Positions 9,948 through 18,836 of a stretch of DNA of 64,000 bases are shown one piece after another (within the stretch, counting starts at the first letter, position 1; each line of letters opens with the position of its first letter). Position numbers and translations under genes: made by a program. The stretch is taken from the NCBI GenBank assembly GCA_046046455.1, contig JBJOJS010000090.1, positions 10,718-74,717 of the forward strand, read 5' to 3'. This DNA is from Actinomycetota bacterium. Its GTDB lineage: Bacteria > Actinomycetota > Actinomycetes > S36-B12. Below the pieces are notes generated by a model. That model was not told the DNA's origin, made no database searches, and worked only from the letters and a program-made list of their open reading frames with translations.

Positions 9948-11420
9948 TTGTCTGCTCCCCCCACGCAGCGCCCTGTCTCAGCGGTCGACCGGTGGTTCTC
10001 GCTCACCGCGCGAGGCTCCACGTACGGTCGGGAGATCCGCGGAGGCTTCGTCACGTTCTTCACGATGGCCTACATCGTCGTGCTGGCACCCCTCATCCTC
10101 GGCACGGCCAAGGACATCAACGGCCTCTACGTCGGCGGCACGGAGGACGTGCTCAAGGCGATCACGATGGTGTCCGCCTCCGTTGCCTTGGTTGCGGGGG
10201 TCATGACGGTCCTCATGGGCATCATCGGTCGATTCCCGATCGCGATCGCGGCGGGCCTGGGCCTCATCCCCGTCGTCGCCTTCACCCTCGCACCGCAGAT
10301 GACCTGGGCCGACGCGATGGGCATCGTGGTCCTCGAGGGCATCCTCATCCTGCTGCTCGTGCTCACCGGCTTCCGAGCCGCGGTCTTCAAGGCCGTCCCG
10401 GAGCAGCTCAAATACGCCATCGGCGTCGGAATCGGACTCTTCATCACCCTCATCGGCCTGGTGGACGCGGGGATCGTGCGGTCGGGAGTCCCTCTCCTCT
10501 CCTTCGGGGTCTTCGGCGAGCTACGCGGCTGGCCGATCTTCACCTTCGTGCTCGGACTCGTCATCACCATCATCCTCATGGTGCGCAAGGTCCGCGGCGC
10601 GATCCTCATCGGCATCCTGGCGACGACCGTCATCGCGATCGTCATCGAAACCGTCTTCAAAGTGGGCCCCAAGACCGGCCCGGATGGTGCGGTGGCCAAC
10701 CCGACGGGCTGGGGGCTCAACGTCCCGGCTGTTCCTACGACGTGGGTTTCCACACCTGACCTGGGACTCCTCGGCCAGTTCAACCTCTTCGGCTCGTTCG
10801 AGGCCATCGGCGTCGTCGCCGCACTGCTGGCGATCTTCGCCCTGCTCCTCAGTGACTTCTTCGACACCATGGGGACCGCATTCGGTCTTGCAACGGAGGC
10901 CGACCTGCTCGACGACCAGGGTGAAATCCCCCATTTCCAGAGCATTCTCGTTGTGGACTCCCTCGCCGCCGCGGCCGGTGGTGCCGCTTCAGCTTCCAGC
11001 AACACGGCGTACATCGAATCCGCAGCCGGTATCGGCGACGGTGCCCGCACCGGGATCGCATCGATCGTCACGGGTGGGCTCTTCCTCGTCGCCATGCTCA
11101 TCTCGCCCATCGTCACGGTCATCCCCTACGAGGCGGCAGCACCTGCCCTCGTCGTCGTGGGCTTCCTCATGATGAGCCAGATCCGACACATCGACTTCAC
11201 CGATATGGCGATCGGGATCCCGGCGTTCCTCACCATCGTCCTCATGCCCTTCACCTACTCCCTGGTCAATGGAATCGGTGCCGGCTTCGTGACGTACTGC
11301 ATCATCAAGGTCGCCACCGGCAAGGCTCGCGAGGTCAATTGGCTCATGTGGATCGTCTCCGGCGCCTTCCTGGTCTACTTCGCCATCGACCCGATCCGCA
11401 ATCTCCTCGGGGGTGGCTAG
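9948..11420 (+). CDS. NCS2-family purine permease (AzgA-type adenine/guanine/hypoxanthine)
   Basis: 490-aa polytopic membrane protein. N-terminal DRWFSLTARGSTYGREIRGGFVTFFTMAYIVV is the hallmark opening of AzgA-type permeases. TTG start lies 4 nt after GGAGGT. Confidence 0.85.
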   Translation: MSAPPTQRPVSAVDRWFSLTARGSTYGREIRGGFVTFFTMAYIVVLAPLILGTAKDINGLYVGGTEDVLKAITMVSASVALVAGVMTVLMGIIGRFPIAIAAGLGLIPVVAFTLAPQMTWADAMGIVVLEGILILLLVLTGFRAAVFKAVPEQLKYAIGVGIGLFITLIGLVDAGIVRSGVPLLSFGVFGELRGWPIFTFVLGLVITIILMVRKVRGAILIGILATTVIAIVIETVFKVGPKTGPDGAVANPTGWGLNVPAVPTTWVSTPDLGLLGQFNLFGSFEAIGVVAALLAIFALLLSDFFDTMGTAFGLATEADLLDDQGEIPHFQSILVVDSLAAAAGGAASASSNTAYIESAAGIGDGARTGIASIVTGGLFLVAMLISPIVTVIPYEAAAPALVVVGFLMMSQIRHIDFTDMAIGIPAFLTIVLMPFTYSLVNGIGAGFVTYCIIKVATGKAREVNWLMWIVSGAFLVYFAIDPIRNLLGGG

Positions 11421-11438
11421 TCCGGGCATGATGGAACC

Positions 11439-12197
11439 GTGCCCCGCACCCGGATCGCGCCCACCCCGAGTGGTTATCTCCATGACGGTAATCGTCTGAA
11501 CTTCAGGCGGACCGCTGATCTCGCCGCGGAGGTCGGCGCCGAGATGGTCCTCCGGATCGACGACGCCGACGCAGCGCGCTATCGCAGGGAGTACGTCGAC
11601 GACATCTTCCGCACCCTCGCGGAGATGGGCATGACCTGGACCATCGGGCCGCTCAACGCCGACGACTTCGAGACGCATTGGTCGCAGCGGAGCAAGACGG
11701 AGCACTACCGGATCCAGCTCGTGCGTGCCCTATCGGCAGGCCTCCCCACCTATGCGTGCGATTGCTCTCGGACGGTGCAGCAGGGTCCAGCAATCCATGG
11801 GTGCGCGGGAGGCTGCCGGGATCGGGGGCTCGCACTCCTCGGGGGGACGACGGCATTGCGTGTCTCGGTCGACCCCGGCACCACGGTGCCTGTCGGTGGT
11901 GAACTCATAGCGCTCGATGCCGAGATGGGCGACTTCATCGTGTGGCGACGCGATGATCTGCCCGCCTACCAGCTCGTCTCCGTGGTCGAAGACCGTGACC
12001 TGGAGATCACCCACATCGTGCGCGGACGTGACCTGATCGCGTCGAGCGCCGCGCAGATGTACCTCGCCCGCTGGCTCGGGGCGGATAACGTCATCGAGGC
12101 GACGTACGTGCACCATGAGCTCGTGACCGACCCCTCAGGTGCCAAACTCTCCAAGACCACCCAGCGTCGCGTCGCACAACAGGAGGCTGCCCCATGA
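11439..12197 (+). CDS. Glutamyl-Q tRNA(Asp) synthetase-like / truncated GluRS catalytic-domain protein
   Basis: Class-I motifs PTPSGYLHDGN (HIGH-like) and KLSKT (KMSKS-like). Only 252 aa with no anticodon-binding domain. Its stop overlaps the next start as ATGA. Confidence 0.6.
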   Translation: MPRTRIAPTPSGYLHDGNRLNFRRTADLAAEVGAEMVLRIDDADAARYRREYVDDIFRTLAEMGMTWTIGPLNADDFETHWSQRSKTEHYRIQLVRALSAGLPTYACDCSRTVQQGPAIHGCAGGCRDRGLALLGGTTALRVSVDPGTTVPVGGELIALDAEMGDFIVWRRDDLPAYQLVSVVEDRDLEITHIVRGRDLIASSAAQMYLARWLGADNVIEATYVHHELVTDPSGAKLSKTTQRRVAQQEAAP

Positions 12198-13024
12198 CCG
12201 CATCCCCGGAGATCGGTCGGATGATCGTCGCCGCGGGAATCCCGACCAATGTCCACGACACCGGTCACGATCCCGGTGGGGGCACGGTGCTGCTCATCCA
12301 TGGGTCAGGGCCGGGTGTGAGTGCCTGGGCGAACTGGCGCCTCACCATCCCGGCGCTCTCACCGCACTTCCGCGTTATCGCACCGGATGTCGTCGGCTTC
12401 GGCTTCACCGAGCGCTCCGCCACGTCCTACGACCTCGACACCTGGACGGCCCACGTCGTGGGCGTACTCGACGCACTGGGAATCGATAGGGCGCATGTCG
12501 TGGGCAACTCCTTCGGCGGCTCCCTTGCACTCGCGCTCGCTATCCACCACCCGGATCGGGTGCGCCGCCTCGGGCTCATGGGCGCGGTGGGGCTCGATTT
12601 CCCCATCACGCCCGGCCTGGACGCGGTCTGGGGATACCAGCCGAGCGTGGAGTCGATGGCCGAACTCCTCAGCATCTTCACCGCAACCCCTGCACCGGGG
12701 CTGCAGCAGCTCGCGGAGCTCCGCTATCAGGCCAGCATCAGGCCCGGTGTGCACGAGGCATACGCATCGATGTTCCCCGCTCCCCGCCAGCGCTGGGTCC
12801 AGGCCCTCGCGCATGCCGAGAGCGAAGTCGCGTCCATCGACGCCCCCACGATGATCTTCCACGGCCGCGAGGATCGCGTGATCCCGCTGTCCACGTCGTT
12901 GCGGCTCTTCGAACTCATCCCGGACGCCCAACTCCACCTCTTCGGCCAGTGCGGGCACTGGACTCAGATCGAGCACGCGGAGGAGTTCAATCGAATCCTG
13001 CGGGACTTCCTCCTGGACGGATGA
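12194..13024 (+). CDS. Meta-cleavage-product hydrolase family alpha/beta hydrolase (2-hydroxymuconate-semialdehyde hydrolase-like)
   Basis: LLIHGSGPGVSAWANW, nucleophile elbow GNSFGG, ASIRPG...MFPAPRQ and CGHWTQIEH match my memory of the XylF/DmpD/TodF-type C-C hydrolases. Confidence 0.75.
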   Translation: MTASPEIGRMIVAAGIPTNVHDTGHDPGGGTVLLIHGSGPGVSAWANWRLTIPALSPHFRVIAPDVVGFGFTERSATSYDLDTWTAHVVGVLDALGIDRAHVVGNSFGGSLALALAIHHPDRVRRLGLMGAVGLDFPITPGLDAVWGYQPSVESMAELLSIFTATPAPGLQQLAELRYQASIRPGVHEAYASMFPAPRQRWVQALAHAESEVASIDAPTMIFHGREDRVIPLSTSLRLFELIPDAQLHLFGQCGHWTQIEHAEEFNRILRDFLLDG

Positions 13025-13064
13025 GCTGCACGTCACTCACGAGTACGGGCTCACACGTGCGGGC

Positions 13065-13808
13065 TCACATGCGCAGGTAGGAGGCGCCGTTGAGGTCGAG
13101 GATTCCTCCGCTGGCCCACTCCGCCTCGGGCAAGGCCAGGAAGGCGACCGCGGCGGCGATCTCGTCGGGATGGGCGATCCGCCCGAAGGGGCTCTCCGCG
13201 CGGCGCACCTCCCCGGCCTCCCCCTGCATCGCTGCAGCGGCCATATCCGTCTCAACGAATCCGGGCGCGACGGTCGTCACCGCGATGCCTCGGGAGCCGA
13301 GGTACTTCGCAAGCGACTGACCGAAGGAGGAGAGCCCCGCCTTGCTGGCCCCGTACGCGGGGCTGTGCGGCTCGCCCCGGAAGGCACCCCGCGAGCCGAC
13401 GTTGATGATGCGGCCTCCCGGACCCATGTGCCGCACCGCATGCCAGGTCACGATCGCCGGGGCGAGCAGGTTGATGTCGAGGGTCTCCTGCCAGGCACCG
13501 AGCCAGGTGTCGAAGTCCACTTCGTCGATGGGATGGTCGACGAACACCCCGGCGTTGTTCACGAGGACGTCGATGCCGCCCAGGGCCTCAGCCGCCTCCT
13601 GGACCATGCGCGTAATCGCCTCGGGATCTCGGAGATCCGCACGCACGCCCACGTGCCCCGAGCCGTCGAGGGAAGCGAGAACCTCGGCTGCGGCCTCCGG
13701 ACTGGCGTGGAAGTGGAGCGCCACGTGCCAGCCATCAGCGGCGAACCGACGCGCGATCGCCGCGCCGATCCCGCGAGAGCCACCCGTGATGAGGATGCGA
13801 CCGGTCAT
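13065..13808 (-). CDS. SDR-family oxidoreductase (FabG-like)
   Basis: TGGSRGIG cofactor motif, NNAG, and catalytic YGASK. Confidence 0.8.
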   Translation of the reverse strand: MTGRILITGGSRGIGAAIARRFAADGWHVALHFHASPEAAAEVLASLDGSGHVGVRADLRDPEAITRMVQEAAEALGGIDVLVNNAGVFVDHPIDEVDFDTWLGAWQETLDINLLAPAIVTWHAVRHMGPGGRIINVGSRGAFRGEPHSPAYGASKAGLSSFGQSLAKYLGSRGIAVTTVAPGFVETDMAAAAMQGEAGEVRRAESPFGRIAHPDEIAAAVAFLALPEAEWASGGILDLNGASYLRM

Positions 13809-13866
13809 AGGCCAAGGCTAGGACCCATGGCGATCACCCGCACGGCTGTCTGGCAGGCTACGACGC

Positions 13867-14169
13867 ATGGCACATGGCACGGGTGACGAGCCCATTCACC
13901 TCAACAATCACCATCTCAACACTCTGACGGCGATCTTCAGCCACCCCACGAGCCACAACATCCGCTGGGCCGACACGATCTCTCTGCTCGAGCACGTGGG
14001 CGAGGTCGAGGAGCGTCACGACGGCAAGCTGAAGGTGACCGTGGGGCCCGAAACCGAGATCTTCGAGCGTCCACGCGACAAGGACATTGACACCCAGATG
14101 GTGGTCGACCTCCGGCGCATGCTGCGCAATGCAGGCTTCGGCCCCGAGCAGCCCGGCCAGGAGGTCTGA
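13867..14169 (+). CDS. Hypothetical 100-aa protein, first gene of a two-gene module
   Basis: High third-position GC. Ends 1 nt before the next ATG. The C-terminal DIDTQMVVDLRRMLRNAGF is only loosely reminiscent of HicA-type tails. No confident family. Confidence 0.45.
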   Translation: MAHGTGDEPIHLNNHHLNTLTAIFSHPTSHNIRWADTISLLEHVGEVEERHDGKLKVTVGPETEIFERPRDKDIDTQMVVDLRRMLRNAGFGPEQPGQEV

Positions 14170-14170
14170 C

Positions 14171-14638
14171 ATGCACGACGTTACCGATGCCATCGATCTC
14201 ACAGGCCGCGTGGCGATCGCCGCCGTGGACTTCCACAGCACCCGCATCTACGCGCTCGACTCCGCGGATCACTCCTCGCCTGAGCACGTCACAGCCGAGG
14301 ATCCCCGGAAGCGTTACCACAATGTCTACCACCGGCATGGCAACGTCGATGGCACCTACTTGGACGACAGCGACGCCTACTGGTCGCTGCTCACCCAGGC
14401 TCTTGCTCCGGCCGAGGGGATCATCCTGCTCGGGCACGGCAAGGGCAAGGCCAACGCCAGCCACCACCTCGCGGGATACATGGAGAAGCATCGCAAGGAC
14501 ATCGCAGGCAAGATCATTGCCGACGTCCGCGCGGACATCGACGATCTCACGGACGAGCAGTTGCTCAGACTCGGCCAGCACATCGCGGGCATCGATCCCC
14601 TGCGGGATCACGGAGATAGCCAGCGCGGCGCGCAGTAA
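14171..14638 (+). CDS. Hypothetical 155-aa protein, possibly host-attachment-protein-like (eRF1-fold) family
   Basis: I place the start at ATG 14171, in frame with track ORF 14087. The pattern (VAIAAVDFHSTRIYALD ... IILLGHGKGKANASHHLAGYMEKH ... ADIDDLTDEQLL) resembles Host_attach-type proteins as I remember them. Low certainty. Confidence 0.45.
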   Translation: MHDVTDAIDLTGRVAIAAVDFHSTRIYALDSADHSSPEHVTAEDPRKRYHNVYHRHGNVDGTYLDDSDAYWSLLTQALAPAEGIILLGHGKGKANASHHLAGYMEKHRKDIAGKIIADVRADIDDLTDEQLLRLGQHIAGIDPLRDHGDSQRGAQ

Positions 14639-14647
14639 CGGCCTCGA

Positions 14648-15388
14648 CTAGCTCTCGGCCGCCTCGCGCGCGCGCCACCGACGCTCGAGCAGGTAGGCGG
14701 CGATGCCCGCGAGGACACCCACGGCCAAGACGGCGATCCAGCCGCCGAGGTTGCCCAGGGAATTGGTGTTCGCGGGATCGTCAGGGCACTCGCCGAGACC
14801 GCACTCGGGGATGATGGACAGACCAATCACACCCAGGTCGACGGTGGACCAGACGACGACCAGCAGGCTCAGCCAGACAACCAGGCCCGTCACCAGAGGA
14901 CGCATCGGTCCCGGATCACGCAGCACGCCTTCATCACCGGCTTGGAACGGCGCCTGCCACATGATGAGAATGGCGCAGCCCACAATCGCGATGATGAACG
15001 TGACGAGCGCCCAGGTGTAGAGATGCCAGCCCAGGACCGTGGGGCCGTAGCCGGGATCGTTCGGGTCGGCGATGTGGAGCAGGATCTGCCGAGTCGAGCC
15101 CGCGGCGCCTACCACGGCGGCCAGGATGCTCAGGGCATAGTGGCGCGGCTTGATTCCCCACAGCAGGTTCATGATGGGGCCCACGGCCAGGCCCACCATG
15201 CCGGAGCGCTGGACGATGCACAGGGGGCACGGCTGCTCACCCGCGCCGAACTGCAGATGCAGTGAACCGGCGAGGACCAGGATCAGGCCGAAGAGCGCGG
15301 CGATATTGACCAGCCGCGAGAGGAAAACGGCCCGCTCGGGGTCCATAGCCCAGCGGCTGGAGGATGCCTGCGCTGTGGAGATCGTCAT
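14648..15388 (-). CDS. DsbB-family disulfide bond formation protein
   Basis: First Cys pair sits in the hallmark CPLCIVQR after TM1, and a second pair in ECGLGEC. Multiple TM helices. Start placed at Met-47 of the track ORF (MTISTAQ, ATG 15388). Confidence 0.7.
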   Translation of the reverse strand: MTISTAQASSSRWAMDPERAVFLSRLVNIAALFGLILVLAGSLHLQFGAGEQPCPLCIVQRSGMVGLAVGPIMNLLWGIKPRHYALSILAAVVGAAGSTRQILLHIADPNDPGYGPTVLGWHLYTWALVTFIIAIVGCAILIMWQAPFQAGDEGVLRDPGPMRPLVTGLVVWLSLLVVVWSTVDLGVIGLSIIPECGLGECPDDPANTNSLGNLGGWIAVLAVGVLAGIAAYLLERRWRAREAAES

Positions 15389-15396
15389 GTCGGCCC

Positions 15397-15546
15397 CTAG
15401 AAGTTGAGCGGGATCGGGTCGGTCATGTGGATGCGCAAGACCAACAGCGTGTAGGCGAGGTTGGCCACCGCGAGCAATGGCACCCATCTCCACCCTCGGA
15501 AGATCCCGATGAAGACGACCAGCCACACGACGAACATGAGGAGCAT
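15397..15546 (-). CDS. 49-aa two-TM miniprotein (DUF5993-like) upstream of DsbB
   Basis: MLLMFVVWLVVFIGIFRGWRWVPLLAVANLAYTLLVLRIHMTDPIPLNF. Its stop lies 8 nt before the DsbB start. The family name comes from my recollection of NCBI annotations next to dsbB genes. Confidence 0.45.
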   Translation of the reverse strand: MLLMFVVWLVVFIGIFRGWRWVPLLAVANLAYTLLVLRIHMTDPIPLNF

Positions 15547-15624
15547 CACAGGCCCGAGGCTAGGCCCCGCCACGGGCACCGGCAAGCACCCTCGGGGTCC
15601 CCGCGCGTCCCCTAGGGTGGTCCT

Positions 15625-17016
15625 ATGGTCGATGCCGACACGTTGTCGTGGCCGGAGGGTGCCCGGCACTCAAGGCTCAGGATCACCACTCCGGGAGGCC
15701 TACCGCTCCCCCGTCACGAGGTGCGGATGCGTTCGACGTTCCCGCAGTGGCCGAGGGGCGATGTCCTCCTCCCCGCCGAGCCGATACCCGGTCTCCCCGC
15801 CCAGGGTGCATTGGTCACGTTCGCCCACGGCCTTGCCGAACACGCTCTCATCGCACGAGGCCCCGCGGATGCACTCGTGGTCGCCCTCCCCGAGGCATCC
15901 ACGGTGTGGTCCGAGCCCGCATTCCTCGAGCTCCTCGCAGCAGCCGCGTCATCGAATCCCTCCGGTATGGCATCACGCGGGGTGGGTCTTCTCGGCTTCG
16001 GCGCCATCGGCGCTGCCCATGCGCGTGCGGTGCGCGAGACGCCCGGTCTGCACCTGGTCGCGGTCTGCGACCGAGATCCCGCTCGTGCCGCCCTGGCTCT
16101 CCAGGCCGACCCGCAGGCGCGTGTCCATGACAGCGCCGAGCAACTCCTCGACGACCCCGATGTCGATGTGGTCGTCGTCTCGACTCCCCCGGATAGCCAT
16201 GCCTACTGGGCGATGGCTGCCCTGGAACGCGGGAAGCATGTGGTTGTCGAGAAGCCGATGGCGCTCACGACCCGCGAGTGCGACAGGTTGATCGAACGCG
16301 CGTCGCGCGACGGACTCGCCCTGTCGGTATATCAAAACCGCCGATTCGACCCCGACTATTCCGTGATCCGTGAGCTCGTGCGTGACGGCCGTATTGGCGA
16401 TGTCTTTCACGTCGAGACCTTCGTGGGGGGCTACGGACACCCGTGCAACTACTGGCACTCCGACGCCGCGGTCTCCGGAGGTGCGCTCTTCGACTGGGGA
16501 TCGCACATCATCGATCAAGTGCTCGACCTCGTCGATGGCGACGTGGAGTACGTCTCGGCGGTCAACCACAAGCGGGTATGGCACGACGTCACCAACGCAG
16601 ACCACTCTCGCATGACCCTCCACTTCAGCGGCGGACGTGAGGCGACGTTCGTGTATTCGGATCTCGCGGCGGCTCTCAAGCCTCGCTGGTACGTCCTCGG
16701 CACACGCGGCGCCATCTCGGGGGAATGGAGGAGGGAGTCCGTGATGGCACGCAATGCCATCGGCACCCTCGAGGAGGACATCCTCGCCCCAGCGGACGCA
16801 CCGCCGCGCGTCAGGCTTCACTCCCCTGAAGGTGATGTCACCGAGTTGACCTTCCGCCAGACCGAGTCCCATCCCTTCCACGCGGACCTGTCGCTGTGGC
16901 TGCAGTTCGGATTCACTCCGCGTGTGCGTGGCGAGCAATCGCGTCGCGTCATCGCCATGCTCGAGGCCGCCGAGGAGTCGGCGCGCATGAGCGGCCAGCC
17001 GGTGAAGCCCTCGTGA
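15625..17016 (+). CDS. Gfo/Idh/MocA-family oxidoreductase with an N-terminal extension of about 110 aa
   Basis: The Rossmann start GVGLLGFGAIGAAHA appears only at about residue 120. The C-terminal dimerisation domain is typical of the family. True start is uncertain, with an alternative Met at residue 35. Confidence 0.65.
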   Translation: MVDADTLSWPEGARHSRLRITTPGGLPLPRHEVRMRSTFPQWPRGDVLLPAEPIPGLPAQGALVTFAHGLAEHALIARGPADALVVALPEASTVWSEPAFLELLAAAASSNPSGMASRGVGLLGFGAIGAAHARAVRETPGLHLVAVCDRDPARAALALQADPQARVHDSAEQLLDDPDVDVVVVSTPPDSHAYWAMAALERGKHVVVEKPMALTTRECDRLIERASRDGLALSVYQNRRFDPDYSVIRELVRDGRIGDVFHVETFVGGYGHPCNYWHSDAAVSGGALFDWGSHIIDQVLDLVDGDVEYVSAVNHKRVWHDVTNADHSRMTLHFSGGREATFVYSDLAAALKPRWYVLGTRGAISGEWRRESVMARNAIGTLEEDILAPADAPPRVRLHSPEGDVTELTFRQTESHPFHADLSLWLQFGFTPRVRGEQSRRVIAMLEAAEESARMSGQPVKPS

Positions 17017-17978
17017 CGCCCACGCGCTGGGGACTGCTGGGTGCCGGCTGGATCTCTCGGCGGGCCATCGCTCCCGCCATGCACAGTGCACAGGGCGCCT
17101 CTCTCGACGTCGTCGCTGCGCGTGACCGCACTCGGGCCGCAGCCCTGAATCCGCGTCGGGCAGCCGTCGACGACTACGCCGCCGTCATCGACGATCCCGA
17201 CGTGGATGTCGTCTACATCGCCCTCTCCAACGATGCCCACCTCCCCTGGACCGAGCGCGCACTCGCCGCGGGCAAGGCGGTGCTGTGCGAAAAGCCCCTG
17301 GGCCGCGATGCCGACGAGGCGCGGCGCATGCGCGCGATGGCCGAATCCACCGGTGGGCTTCTGGTGGAAGCCACATGGAATCTCTGGCATCCGCGCACCG
17401 CACGGGCGGCAGCGCTCGTCGCCAGCGATGCCATCGGTCGAGTGACCTCGGTGAGCGGCGCCTTCGTGTTCGATGGCGTGGCTGAGGGCAACTACCGCCG
17501 GGATCCTGCCCTCGGTGGCGGGGCACTTCTCGACGTGGGGTGCTACCCCCTCACCGGCGCCGCTTGGGCCACGCGCGGCAGCGACATCCGCGTCGATTCC
17601 GTCGAGATCGTGTCCGGTGGTCTCGGTGTCGACTTCACCACCATTGCTTCCCTCACGATGGACGGTATTCCCGTAGGTGTGCGTGCGAGCTTCATGGAGA
17701 CGGGCTTCGAGAGCCTCGTCATCGAGGGCGAACTCGGCATACTCGAGTTCACCGGTAACGATGCCTACACGTCCTGGCTCCAGCCCAGTGCGCTACGTGT
17801 GCTCGATCGCGACGGCGAACGAGTTGAGCATTTCGCGCCCGTGGACCCCTATCGCCTCATGATCGAGTCCGTCTCGGCTGCCGTTCGAGGCGAGAGCGCC
17901 TGGCTGCCCGATCCGCGCTGGTCGATCACCGTCGCGCGGGCCATGGACGCGATCCTCGCCGGCGGCTCGCGGGCCTGA
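17013..17978 (+). CDS. Gfo/Idh/MocA-family oxidoreductase
   Basis: GTG 17013 overlaps the upstream stop as GTGA and gives VTPTRWGLLGAGWISRRA (Rossmann) at the N-terminus. EKP motif present (LCEKPLG). Confidence 0.7.
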   Translation: MTPTRWGLLGAGWISRRAIAPAMHSAQGASLDVVAARDRTRAAALNPRRAAVDDYAAVIDDPDVDVVYIALSNDAHLPWTERALAAGKAVLCEKPLGRDADEARRMRAMAESTGGLLVEATWNLWHPRTARAAALVASDAIGRVTSVSGAFVFDGVAEGNYRRDPALGGGALLDVGCYPLTGAAWATRGSDIRVDSVEIVSGGLGVDFTTIASLTMDGIPVGVRASFMETGFESLVIEGELGILEFTGNDAYTSWLQPSALRVLDRDGERVEHFAPVDPYRLMIESVSAAVRGESAWLPDPRWSITVARAMDAILAGGSRA

Positions 17979-18016
17979 TCTGGCGGCGCCTCACGCGGTC
18001 CTGGCAGGCTACGGCC

Positions 18017-18829
18017 ATGCCCCTCGACACTCAGGCGAGCGAACCCGTGCTCGTGGAGATCCACGATCGCGTGGCCCTCATCACGCTGAATCGCCCTGAC
18101 CGACTCAACGCCCTGACAGCTGACATGGGCGCGGTCTACGCGCGCGCCCTGCGCGAAGCCGACGCCGATCCGGGCATCCGGGTCGCGGTCGTCACCGGCG
18201 CCGGTCGGGGCTTCTGCTCCGGCGCCGACCTGTCGGTACTCGCCCAGGGCCCCGACGCGCTCGACGGCTTCGTCTCCGAGACCACGTGGGAGGACCTCCC
18301 CACGGGAGCGCTCGATGTGAGCATCCCCGTGGTGATGGCGGTCAATGGCCCGGCTGCCGGCCTTGGATTCGTCATCGCGCTCACCGGGGACGTATGCCTC
18401 GCCTCGCCCTCGGCGCGCTTCATCTCCGCCTTCAGCAGGCTCGGACTCGTTGCGGAGTACGGCGCCGCATGGCTCCTCCCACGGATGATCGGACGCCAGC
18501 GCGCAGCGGAACTCCTGCTCAGCGGTCGAGCGATCGACTCCGACGAGGCCGCACGCATCGGCCTCGTCCAAGGTGTGCACGACGACGTGGTCGCTGCCGC
18601 CATGGAGTGGGCGACCGACGTTGCTCGCCACTGCTCCCCCGCATCGCTGTCGACCATGAAGCGGCAACTTGCGGACGCTGACAGGGGCGATCTCCACGCC
18701 AGCCTGGCGGAGAGCCTGCGACTCATGCGCGAGTCCTTCCGCGGACCTGATCTCGCCGAGGCCCTGCTTGCGAAGGGCGCGGGACGTGCCCCGGATTTCG
18801 CCTCCGTGCACCGGGGCGAGTCGGGCTGA
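18017..18829 (+). CDS. Enoyl-CoA hydratase/isomerase (crotonase) family protein
   Basis: ITLNRPDRLNALT and GAGRGFCSGADL crotonase signatures. Confidence 0.8.
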   Translation: MPLDTQASEPVLVEIHDRVALITLNRPDRLNALTADMGAVYARALREADADPGIRVAVVTGAGRGFCSGADLSVLAQGPDALDGFVSETTWEDLPTGALDVSIPVVMAVNGPAAGLGFVIALTGDVCLASPSARFISAFSRLGLVAEYGAAWLLPRMIGRQRAAELLLSGRAIDSDEAARIGLVQGVHDDVVAAAMEWATDVARHCSPASLSTMKRQLADADRGDLHASLAESLRLMRESFRGPDLAEALLAKGAGRAPDFASVHRGESG

Positions 18830-18836
18830 GCCCAGG

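Noticed and set aside
9734-10759. 341-aa plus-strand ORF starting inside the tRNA-Leu and overlapping the permease
   Set aside because: It overlaps a structural RNA and is out of frame with a clearly recognisable NCS2 permease. The product is Arg/Pro/Gly/His-rich low-complexity sequence.
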